From the NCBI GenBank assembly GCA_052168235.1, contig JBQLZK010000002.1, positions 96,001 through 160,000 of the forward strand: a DNA stretch of 64,000 bases. The letters are read 5' to 3'. Shown piece after piece: positions 51,966 to 60,514 of this stretch; within the stretch, counting starts at the first letter, position 1; the number at the start of each line of letters is the position of its first letter. The notes beneath the pieces were generated by a model. The model was not told the DNA's origin, searched no databases, and worked only from the letters and a program-made list of their open reading frames with translations. Both the position numbers and the translations under genes were made by a program. Source of the stretch: Thainema sp. (GTDB lineage: Bacteria; Cyanobacteriota; Cyanobacteriia; Phormidesmidales; Phormidesmidaceae).

Positions 51966-52237
51966 TTTTTCTTTTGCAAAGACCGTGCGCCGAAGTGATA
52001 AACCGCACGATGCCCAATCCGAATCACCCAAGGTTGAGCATCAGGATACTGTTCAAACAAGCGATTCGTCGCAGGCAAAACCTGATCCGCAACCTCAAAC
52101 GCACCCGTCTCAATATCAATCGCAACAATTCTGCCCTCATTGCCAGCCTCAACCTGCTGCCGAATACCCGATTCGTACAGCTCTTGCCCTCGTCGAGCCA
52201 ATTCCTCTTTGCTATGTCGCCGCTGTCGAACTGCCAT
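51962..52237 (-). CDS. Small partner protein (DUF5678-like) of aspartic protease
   Basis: MAVRQRRHSKEELARRGQELYE...'GRIVAIDIETGAFEV'...'WVIRIG'; translationally coupled to the protease. Confidence 0.8.
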   Translation of the reverse strand: MAVRQRRHSKEELARRGQELYESGIRQQVEAGNEGRIVAIDIETGAFEVADQVLPATNRLFEQYPDAQPWVIRIGHRAVYHFGARSLQKKK

Positions 52238-52371
52238 ATTTCGCCCTAGCTCAACGCCCAACACAATTATATCTTGAGCAAAAATCAGCTTTTGCAGTGC
52301 GACTCATGCAACCATTGTCGGTTGTAGCACTGTTATTTCTAGGACGCATCATCGCATCCCATCACCTGTTA

Positions 52372-52794
52372 TCACGGCATTTTGCTTCTAAACTGCGCCT
52401 GGTTGAGCAGTGTGCGTAATTGCTTCCAGGTATAGGCCATTTCCGCTCCTAAGACCCCGATGTAAAAACCCGCCAAGCCATAGATAAACTCAGGGGGATA
52501 ATCACGGGGATACTGTGTCCGATCCATCAGCAGCTCAACAGCAATGCCTCCTAAAAGCAGAATCACCATGAAAATCGCAATGGGATCAGGTTGAACCGAA
52601 TAGCGAACCTTTCCTTCCACCCGATCCGTCACAACCACACGAGCACGCGGTATCAAGAGACGAAAAACACCGCGTTTGGGTAAAAACGTGCGGCGACGCG
52701 TCGCAATCAAACGTTGGTCAGCAACTTTGATATCAAATATAGGGTTTGAGGTAAGCAGCCGTTTGACAGCTTCAAATTCATTCAAAGAATCCAT
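52372..52794 (-). CDS. Hypothetical membrane protein
   Basis: 140-aa ORF, GAGGT RBS, two C-terminal TM segments. Confidence 0.65.
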   Translation of the reverse strand: MDSLNEFEAVKRLLTSNPIFDIKVADQRLIATRRRTFLPKRGVFRLLIPRARVVVTDRVEGKVRYSVQPDPIAIFMVILLLGGIAVELLMDRTQYPRDYPPEFIYGLAGFYIGVLGAEMAYTWKQLRTLLNQAQFRSKMP

Positions 52795-52901
52795 TACCCG
52801 ACCTCTTGCAAAAATAGTTATTCACTGCCCAACATTTAACCGTGCCTTGAATCGTAGCACTGGTTTTTGGGAACACACTATCTCTGCAATCACTTGTTAT
52901 A

Positions 52902-52933
52902 GGCGCGTTTCGCTTCGCTCAACACACCCTACA
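52902..52933 (-). repeat. GTAG-type REP (copy 2)
   Basis: Minus strand tgtagggtgtgttgagcgaagcgaaacgcgcc, nearly identical to 51557-51588. Confidence 0.75.
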
Positions 52934-53071
52934 CAGAAATAGTGATCCTGCTTTCAGTGCCCTTTCTAGCGCCTTTTGGATGACAGTATCGAAATTCTGC
53001 GGGTTGTCAGTGGCGATCGCAACTTGCAAGATGTTTTTCCGGAATAAGCGATCGCAACTCCCGTATTGCAA

Positions 53072-53605
53072 CTACACCAAAAGACTCAACCAGCGATCCG
53101 TTTCCGCAGGCGATCGCAACCGCAAAACAGTCAGATGAGCATACTCCGGCTGCTGTAGCAGAATCGGGTATTACCGCCGTCGCCGATGATAGGTTTGCAG
53201 CGCCCAGAGCAGAATCGACTCGCGACTGAAAAACGACAATCGCCAATTCTCTCGATTGCCATTACACACTAGCTCCTGCGTCATCGCCCGCCGCACCGTA
53301 CGACGCAGCAAACGGCTCATAATCACGGGCAGCGAATAGTCCAACCAAATCAGCGTATCGGCTCGTTGCCAAATGTGCGATCGCACCGGACTGTAATTGC
53401 CATCCACCACCCAGCGATCACCCGACAGCGCCACCTCCACCCGCGCCTGAAACACCTCATTCGGCACTTCGATCCAGCCTGGCTCCCAATGCAGCGCGTC
53501 GAGTTCAACATGGGGCAGTGCCAAACGCTGAGCCAACTGCCGCGCCAGCGTTGTCTTTCCGGCTCCGCTGGTGCCAATCACCACAATTTTCTGAGCGCTA
53601 CTCAT
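53072..53605 (-). pseudogene. Adenylate-kinase-like / FlaR-type P-loop protein with premature stop
   Basis: 'IVVIGTSGAGKTT', 'WVVDGNY', 'ADTLIWLD'; TAA at 53171-53173 followed in frame by YPILLQQPEYAHLTVLRLRSPAETDRWL. Confidence 0.8.
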
Positions 53606-53688
53606 CCAACGCCAACCTGCCATCTACTCAACATTCGGCAAGTTAACTACAACGCTCTCCCAGCCAATTCCGCGTTGATAGCGTCAAT

Positions 53689-53910
53689 TTATTTTGGCAT
53701 CGCTTCAATTAACGCTCTCAAAGCTTTGTTAACTGATTCTGGTGTCTTGAAAACCTGAGCTACATCATCATCTAAAACAACTACCTTTAGCTGATTTTCT
53801 TTACTACGGGCCGCAAACCGATTCGGCCTCGCTTTCTGATAATCGAACTGGTATTCAGCTAAAAGCTCATCATTCGAATTTTGGGGCCGATCAGAGGCCA
53901 TTTTGTTCAT
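53689..53910 (-). CDS. BrnA-like antitoxin
   Basis: 'DELLAEYQFDYQKARPNRFA...VVLDDDVAQVFKTPESVNKALRALI'; overlaps the 3' end of the brnT remnant. Confidence 0.75.
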   Translation of the reverse strand: MNKMASDRPQNSNDELLAEYQFDYQKARPNRFAARSKENQLKVVVLDDDVAQVFKTPESVNKALRALIEAMPK

Positions 53911-54037
53911 AATCCTCACGTTCTTGGCGTTTAGCTAAACGAGCACTAATAATACGAATGCGCCTAGCTTCTTCAAAGCTAACATCGTGCTTCTTCAAAT
54001 TAGCGGCAGCTTTTGCCTGATCCCATTCAAATTTCAT
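53891..54037 (-). pseudogene. brnT: BrnT-family toxin with internal in-frame deletion (48 aa)
   Basis: Not in track; MKFEWDQAKAAANLKKHDVSFEEA joined directly to RRIRIISARLAKRQEREDYEQNGL*. Confidence 0.85.
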
Positions 54038-54135
54038 CCCCAGATCATATCCAACTTAATTCAAAGAGAAAACGCAAATCCCATGATTCACATGGCATGA
54101 TCGCTATATCTAGATATCCAGCTAATCACCTCTTC

Positions 54136-55209
54136 ATGCCTACGCCGACTCTTTCACCCGAACTCCAACAGCGACTCGCGACTCCGCTCCAGATTGGTCA
54201 CGTTACTCTGCACAGTCGGGTGCTGCAATCGCCGCTGTCGGGCGTGACGGATTTGGTGTTTCGCCGCTTGGTGCGCCGCTATGCGCCGACTTCGATGATG
54301 TATACCGAAATGGTGCATGCGTCGGGGATTTGCCATGCCAAAGAGCTGCCCTGCATCATGGATGTCGATCCCAATGAGCGACCCATTAGCATTCAACTCT
54401 TTGACTGTCGGCCTGACTTCATGGCCGAAGCAGCGCAGATGGCGGTAGCCGAAGGGGCTGAAACCATCGATATTAATATGGGTTGCCCGGTGAACAAAAT
54501 CACCAAAAAGGGTGGCGGTTCTTCTCTGCTGCGGCAGCCAGAACTAGCGGCGGAGTTGGTGCAAACCGTGGTGAATGCGGTGGATGTGCCCGTTTCCGTC
54601 AAAACCCGCATTGGCTGGGACGATAACGACATCAATGCCGTCGAGTTTGGCCTACGCATGCAGGAGGCCGGAGCGCAGATGCTTACCCTGCACGGTCGCA
54701 CTCGCGCTCAGGGCTACAATGGCACCGCTCGTTGGGAGTGGATCGCCAAGGTGAAAGCTGCACTGGATATTCCCGTAATCGCTAATGGTGACATTAACTC
54801 GGTGGAATCCGCCATTCGCTGCCTGGAACTGACCGGAGCCGATGGCGTCATGTGCTCGCGCGGGACGCTGGGCTATCCGTTTTTAGTAGGCGAGATCGAT
54901 TATTTCCTCAAAACCGGACAAGAAAAAGCGCCACCGACCGTGATTGAACGCTTACGCTGTGCCCAAGAGCATCTGCAAATGCTGTGGGAGTACAAGGGAA
55001 TGCGCGGTCTGCACCAAGCTCGCAAGCACATGACCTGGTATGTCAAAGGATTTGCCGGAGCGGCAGAACTGCGCGATCTCATGTGCCAAATGCAGTCGGT
55101 TGAAGAAGGAACGCAATTGCTCGAAGCTGCGATCGCAACTTTAACAACTTTAAATTCAGCAAATTTAAATCATTCAGCCGAGCCAAGCGTAGGCTTGGTA
55201 GGGGTTTAA
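54136..55209 (+). CDS. dusB: tRNA dihydrouridine synthase DusB
   Basis: 'QSPLSGVTD', 'IDINMGCPV', 'VSVKTRIGW', 'LHGRT', 'IANGDI'; start set at ATG 54136. Confidence 0.93.
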   Translation: MPTPTLSPELQQRLATPLQIGHVTLHSRVLQSPLSGVTDLVFRRLVRRYAPTSMMYTEMVHASGICHAKELPCIMDVDPNERPISIQLFDCRPDFMAEAAQMAVAEGAETIDINMGCPVNKITKKGGGSSLLRQPELAAELVQTVVNAVDVPVSVKTRIGWDDNDINAVEFGLRMQEAGAQMLTLHGRTRAQGYNGTARWEWIAKVKAALDIPVIANGDINSVESAIRCLELTGADGVMCSRGTLGYPFLVGEIDYFLKTGQEKAPPTVIERLRCAQEHLQMLWEYKGMRGLHQARKHMTWYVKGFAGAAELRDLMCQMQSVEEGTQLLEAAIATLTTLNSANLNHSAEPSVGLVGV

Positions 55210-55429
55210 CGCCAACTGGGTTCGGATTCACTCCCCTCGCCCCTGTCCTAATCGCGCTAGGATGGAAAACAAAGTCTTATCAAAGTGTGTCTTAAAGATT
55301 GACAACGTGCGATCCATTTGCCGTTAAGTTTGTTACATCAGCCCTGTGAGCTTCACCGTAAGATTCATAGGCTTGTAAGATACAACGATAAGATTGAATT
55401 AACCATAGCTGCTTCCATAGGCTGTACAG

Positions 55430-56071
55430 ATGACATCATACGCAACCTCATCGACTCGGGCAGATGTGAGTGAATTGCGCCGTTTGAAGACCTTGCTGCC
55501 GCCAGAGCTGAAAAGCTGGGTCACGGTGGAATCCTCCACGGTCGTCAATCCGCCGCTGATCACCTGCGAAGAAATTGGCAAAGATCAGGTCGAAATTCAA
55601 ATTGACCTGGTGCGCTGGGATCAACTCGCCATCGATCAGCGCAACCTTATGTTCTGGCACGAAGTTGCCAAAATTCAAAACGACACGATTCCCCGTGATG
55701 GTTGGGAGATGGCAGCGTTAGCGATTGGTCTCGGTGGCGCAGTCGGTGAACTTTGGGTACAGGATGGCCTGTTGCTGATCCTTGCCCTTGCCCTCTGTGG
55801 TGTCTCTGGCTTCCGCCTCTACAAGCGCAACAATGGGGAGCGCAAACTGCAAGAATCAATCTCAGCCGACGAAAAAGCGATCGCACTTGCCACTCGTTTT
55901 GGCTACACGCTGCCCAATGCTTACAAGAGCCTCGGTAGTGCGCTGAAAACGCTGATTGAACAATCGCCGAAGAAGCGCCAGCGACAAAAATACGAAAAGC
56001 GCCTAGATGCTCTGAAGCGCAGCGCCGCCCGCGCCAAGGATCGCGCTCGCGGTTCGCGAATGCCGTCCTAA
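55430..56071 (+). CDS. DUF3318-like cyanobacterial protein
   Basis: 'ELRRLKTLLPPEL', 'DQRNLMFWHEVA', 'ADEKAIALATRFGY'. Confidence 0.8.
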   Translation: MTSYATSSTRADVSELRRLKTLLPPELKSWVTVESSTVVNPPLITCEEIGKDQVEIQIDLVRWDQLAIDQRNLMFWHEVAKIQNDTIPRDGWEMAALAIGLGGAVGELWVQDGLLLILALALCGVSGFRLYKRNNGERKLQESISADEKAIALATRFGYTLPNAYKSLGSALKTLIEQSPKKRQRQKYEKRLDALKRSAARAKDRARGSRMPS

Positions 56072-56110
56072 TTCGTCTGAGTACGTCTCAGTACAATCGA
56101 ACATATGTAT

Positions 56111-56144
56111 AAAAGCGCCAGGTCAATGCTGACCTGGCGCTTTT
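56111..56144. terminator. Bidirectional terminator
   Basis: aaaagcgccaggtca-atgc-tgacctggcgctttt between convergent genes. Confidence 0.75.
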
Positions 56145-56187
56145 GTTTTTACAGCTTGGATATGATGTGAAGTAGTTGGCAAGACGT

Positions 56188-57354
56188 TTACGATTCAGAT
56201 TGTGCAATCGGCAGCAGATCAGCATCAAATTTCAAGCTGTCCAGAATAGTCTTAGCTGCAGGCCAGTAAGCATCAGCCATTTCCGGCGGATAAAGCAGCG
56301 TCACCTGTACGGCTTGCCCGTTAGTTTGACCAATCAGAATATGTCCCGACTGTTCCATATCGGTGCTGACATCAAACACCATCTCAAACCAGGAGTAGGG
56401 AAACTCACTCGCCGTATCGGCGCGGCTACCGTCCAGCATCCAGCCATTGCTTTCAATCAAACCATTCGGGCCAGTGATAAATGGCATTAGTTCAGTTGTT
56501 GAGGGAGTACCCGCTGGCAGAAAGACATGCACATAAGCATCATCGAGAGCGTTCCCTTGCGGCCTGAAGGTAAAGAAAATGCCAACGCCCTCTCCGCTAC
56601 CTGCACTCATGACCTCGACCTGATCGGCAGGATACTGGGCCATTACTGGAACGCCAGCGGCTGTTTCGTCAAAGGTTTGTAAATTCGATTGCTGTAAATT
56701 TGACTGTTCAGTGGGAGCGGCTTCTGTGTCCTCAGATATTGTCTCTTCTTCTACGTTATTGTACGTCTCAGCCGGAAGTTGAGGCACTAAAACGGGCTGC
56801 TCGCCTGCCATCTCGACTTCGTAGAACAAACGGCTTTGCCCCGAGGCGCAGCAGAGCGCGTCTTCAGGTGTGTAGCGATTGAATGATGCGTCTAAATAAC
56901 CTTCACGATAGAGATCAAAATCGGCCAAACTGCCATCGGTACGGGAATCCATTGGCATGGGTGACAGCGTACCTGCAAATTCTCCATCGGAAAAGACAAA
57001 CACTTGGTACTGCAACGGGCGACACATGCCATCGGCATCGGCCATGCCCATGATCACCGTTGTGTCATTGAAGATTTCCGCCGATCCGGTGAGCGTCCAG
57101 CCTGCGGCCTCAACTAGAGCATCTTCCGGCAGCGTGGCTTGACGCACACCGATATCGCAGTTGGGTAGATTATTACCACCTTCATACATCGGGGCCTGGG
57201 GAATTTCGGCTCCGGCTGTATTCCAATTTGTTTCCTGATCCAGCCAAGTTCCTGAGGGGTCAGACGGTGCAGATTGTGCGATCGCACTTTGGGTTAACAG
57301 CAGCGAAGTTGTTAATAGTAGAGAGTTCGACAGCCCCAAAATAATTTGTTTCAC
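56188..57354 (-). CDS. LppP/LprE-like secreted protein with additional C-terminal domain
   Basis: Signal peptide, 'ADGMCRP..YQVFVF..GEFAGTLSP..MDSRTDG', 'RY...DALCCAS'; AAGGAGAA RBS before GTG 57354. Confidence 0.75.
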   Translation of the reverse strand: MKQIILGLSNSLLLTTSLLLTQSAIAQSAPSDPSGTWLDQETNWNTAGAEIPQAPMYEGGNNLPNCDIGVRQATLPEDALVEAAGWTLTGSAEIFNDTTVIMGMADADGMCRPLQYQVFVFSDGEFAGTLSPMPMDSRTDGSLADFDLYREGYLDASFNRYTPEDALCCASGQSRLFYEVEMAGEQPVLVPQLPAETYNNVEEETISEDTEAAPTEQSNLQQSNLQTFDETAAGVPVMAQYPADQVEVMSAGSGEGVGIFFTFRPQGNALDDAYVHVFLPAGTPSTTELMPFITGPNGLIESNGWMLDGSRADTASEFPYSWFEMVFDVSTDMEQSGHILIGQTNGQAVQVTLLYPPEMADAYWPAAKTILDSLKFDADLLPIAQSES

Positions 57355-57439
57355 GGCTATATTCTCCTTGCAAAGAAATTCAAGGAATACCATACCAATA
57401 ACTGAGTATCCCAAGATTAGTTCTTTCGCTTCACTTCAG

Positions 57440-58780
57440 CTAAAGTCCGGATACATCGGTAGTGTTTCCGGGCGTAGACGGTTGGGCCTGGAGTTGATCG
57501 AGTTTGTTCTGTGCCTGCAACAGCAGCACTTGTGCATCTCGATAAGCGGTTGTCCCGTTTTCAATTTGCTTGAGCTGATTGATAATGCCTTGAATTTGGC
57601 TAATCAGCCTATTCCGGTCGTAGCGAGCGGAATTTGCCTGGAGTGTTTGAATATTACGCTGCGCTTGCTGAAGAGTCTCCACGGCCTTCGCTTCTTGTTG
57701 GCGACGAACCTGAATTTGGGCCAAGTTATCGCGGTATTCAGCGCGCAAATGTTGCGCCTCTGTATAGCCGACTGAATCTTCAGGAGAAACCTGATCGAGG
57801 TGTTGGATCGCGTCCTGCCACATGTTTTCAACTCTCTGCCATTCTTCAACTGAATGGGGCGGATTCTGTCCTGCTTGAGCCGCTCTGATACCGTAATCCC
57901 GCGCAATCTGGATTTGAGTCGCTGCTTGTTGATTGCTCGCGGCCAGTCCGACGGTATCCTGCCACTCCCGTTGTGCTGCCGTTAATTGTTGCTGAGCTAT
58001 CCGACCCGCTAAGGTTTGCGATGGCACCTGCGCCAGTTGAGCCAGTGCTGATTGCCAAGCTTGGCTAGCCGTGAGCTGAGCGGCAGCCGTATTTGCTTGC
58101 TGATATTGCTGTTTAGCCAGATCGATGGCTTGCTCTGCGTCTGTTAATGCGGTCTGAGCGTTACGCTCCTGGATCGCTTTGGCATCAAGCCGACCAATCT
58201 CGCGGCGAGCTGAATCAAATCCGGCATGGCTCATCCGGCTATACCACCACCAGGAGCGGTATCCCGGTAGTTCATCCCATAGCCAAAGCGGCAGTTTATC
58301 CAGATGTTCTTTTGCTTCTGCGACTTTCTGAGCGCCTAAATCAATGTCAGCTGGAGTCGTTGCATTGTCCACAAGCTGCTTGGCCTGTTCAACGGCGTCA
58401 ATGGCGGCCCGATAGCTGTGATCCATTCTGGTATAGCTGGGCAGTAGGAGAATCGGAGCATTCTCAGCAATGGGGCGACGAATTGGCGGATAAGGCAGAT
58501 TGATCGCCCATAGTGTACCGACGGGTACACCCACGAGTAGAGTCATGCCAATCAGTTTGCCAGTCCATCGGTTTTTGTGCTGGGGGGATGCGGATTTTAG
58601 AGAATGTGGTTTGTACTGCGCTAGGACTTCTTGCTCTAGCTGTTGCAGAGTTTTTTGCGATGATGTCGTTGGCAGCGGCGCACTGGGCAGAGACGCAGGT
58701 GCTTGAGCGGAGGGCGGCGCACTAGGCTGGCTCACCTGATTGGCCCGAAACCAAGAATGAAACTTCGAAAACAGCCCCAT
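57440..58780 (-). CDS. Hypothetical membrane-anchored helical-repeat protein
   Basis: 446-aa ORF, one TM, Ala/Gln-rich helical repeats ('WQ.A...L..V'). Confidence 0.8.
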   Translation of the reverse strand: MGLFSKFHSWFRANQVSQPSAPPSAQAPASLPSAPLPTTSSQKTLQQLEQEVLAQYKPHSLKSASPQHKNRWTGKLIGMTLLVGVPVGTLWAINLPYPPIRRPIAENAPILLLPSYTRMDHSYRAAIDAVEQAKQLVDNATTPADIDLGAQKVAEAKEHLDKLPLWLWDELPGYRSWWWYSRMSHAGFDSARREIGRLDAKAIQERNAQTALTDAEQAIDLAKQQYQQANTAAAQLTASQAWQSALAQLAQVPSQTLAGRIAQQQLTAAQREWQDTVGLAASNQQAATQIQIARDYGIRAAQAGQNPPHSVEEWQRVENMWQDAIQHLDQVSPEDSVGYTEAQHLRAEYRDNLAQIQVRRQQEAKAVETLQQAQRNIQTLQANSARYDRNRLISQIQGIINQLKQIENGTTAYRDAQVLLLQAQNKLDQLQAQPSTPGNTTDVSGL

Positions 58781-58984
58781 GATGTTCTATGGCTACTTTA
58801 GCGTTTGAGATCCAGTCTCCAGTATGCCCATTTATATGGGGCCAAGTCACGAGTATTTATGACGCACAACAAAGTCTGAGACAATGACAATCTTGGGATG
58901 AAGATAGAAATAATTTTTTGTTGTGTGAGCGTTGCCAACACAACAAAGTCATCTTCCAATATCAAGCCTAGTTGAAAACCCATA

Positions 58985-59035
58985 ATTTACTGTTTGTGAA
59001 ACGTATGCGGAGCATACGTTTCACAAACAGTAAAT
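58985..59035. repeat. Perfect 24-bp inverted repeat with GGA loop
   Basis: atttactgtttgtgaaacgtatgc-gga-gcatacgtttcacaaacagtaaat read directly. Confidence 0.95.
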
Positions 59036-59096
59036 CGGGTTCTTATACACAGACTTGATCTAACCAGTAACATAAGGCGATTTCGAGGATAGGTGA

Positions 59097-59561
59097 GTGC
59101 CGCAAGTTGTTTTAGTTGAACCCCAAATTCCACCCAATACAGGCAATATCGCCCGCACCTGTGCGGCTACGAATACCGAACTGCATTTAGTGGGGCCATT
59201 GGGGTTTGAAATTAGCGATCGCTATTTGAAGCGAGCTGGATTGGATTATTGGCCGCATGTCAAACTGCATGTGCATGAGTCAATGGCCGAGTTTGAGCAG
59301 CACGCCCGCAGTCGGGGCGGACGCTGGATTGGATTTACCAAATTGGGCAGCCGCAACTACACTAAGCTGAGCTATCAGCCGGATGACTGGCTGCTGTTTG
59401 GTCGTGAAACAACGGGACTGTCTAAAGAAATCTTGGCGGCCTGTCACGAAACGGCGCGGATTCCGATGGCCAATTGTGGTGTGAGAAGTTTGAATCTGTC
59501 GGTCAGCGTGGCAATTGGTTTGTTTGAGGCGCGGCGGCAGTTGGGGTATTTGGAGGAGTAG
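59097..59561 (+). CDS. trmL: tRNA (cytidine(34)-2'-O)-methyltransferase
   Basis: 'EPQIPPNTGNIARTC', 'KRAGLDYW', 'LLFGRET.GL', 'RSLNLS'. Confidence 0.95.
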   Translation: MPQVVLVEPQIPPNTGNIARTCAATNTELHLVGPLGFEISDRYLKRAGLDYWPHVKLHVHESMAEFEQHARSRGGRWIGFTKLGSRNYTKLSYQPDDWLLFGRETTGLSKEILAACHETARIPMANCGVRSLNLSVSVAIGLFEARRQLGYLEE

Positions 59562-59798
59562 CTGGGGGTGAGGCGAGAGGAGTGATAGGTTAGGAGATTA
59601 GAGGGGCAGGGGAGATGGGGAGTGGGGGAGCTAAGGGTGAAGTAGGAATGAGGTGAATGAGTAGTGTTGGGTGTAGCGGGGGTGACACTACTTTTACTTT
59701 GACGGCTTTTTAATTGGCAGATCAAGCTGATATACCATCGTGGAGGATTGCGATCGCATATCAAACTTTCTCTCTTAAGCCCTGACTCCTAAGTTTAT

Positions 59799-60416
59799 CT
59801 AGGGTACTTCGTCCTGCTCTTCAACTAGCCCTAAGCTACCTAGGGGACGATAGGTGTAGGGATGGCGGGGTGTTTTTTGGATGTCTTCTTTGATGCCATC
59901 GAGATCAATGTATCGATCCGACACATTGATCAGACTATCGCTGGTCATGGAGCGGAGGCTGACAACCTCGACGCGGACGCCTCGGTAGCTGACGGCATCG
60001 ACGGCATAGGCCAAGTCGCCATCGCCACTGACGAGGACAGCGGTATCGTAGGAACCGACCAGCGCCATCATATCGACCGCGATTTCAACGTCTAAATTAG
60101 CTTTCTTGGAGCCGTCCGGCAGTTGAACGAGATCCTTAGCGATGACACGGTAGCCGTTGCGGCGCATCCAGAGCAGAAAGCCCTGCTGCTTTTCATTGGT
60201 GCGATCCACACCCGTGTAGAAAAAGGAGCGGAGCAGCCGAGAACCTGCGGTCAGACGACACAGCAGTTTGGTGTAGTCAATTTCAATACCGAGCTGTAGA
60301 GCGGCATAAAACAGATTAGAGCCATCAATAAAGATGGCTACGCGCCCTCGATTTTCTAAAACCTGTTCGGGTGTTGAAAATACAGAATCGCCCTCTATAT
60401 CGGGACTATGAAACAT
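59799..60416 (-). CDS. NYN domain protein, LabA/DUF88 family
   Basis: 'IFIDGSNL', 'DVEIAVDM', 'LVSGDGDL', 'SDRYIDL'. Confidence 0.92.
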   Translation of the reverse strand: MFHSPDIEGDSVFSTPEQVLENRGRVAIFIDGSNLFYAALQLGIEIDYTKLLCRLTAGSRLLRSFFYTGVDRTNEKQQGFLLWMRRNGYRVIAKDLVQLPDGSKKANLDVEIAVDMMALVGSYDTAVLVSGDGDLAYAVDAVSYRGVRVEVVSLRSMTSDSLINVSDRYIDLDGIKEDIQKTPRHPYTYRPLGSLGLVEEQDEVP

Positions 60417-60514
60417 GTGAAAACCTCTATATTATGTGATCCAATGTTAGGCAAGAGGCATAGATAAATCTGCATACCTCTCAATTTCGTCTAAGTTTGT
60501 AATGAATGTTAGTT

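Noticed and set aside
53891..54200. dus-targeted integrative element
   Set aside because: No integrase and no duplicated dusB 5' fragment were seen.
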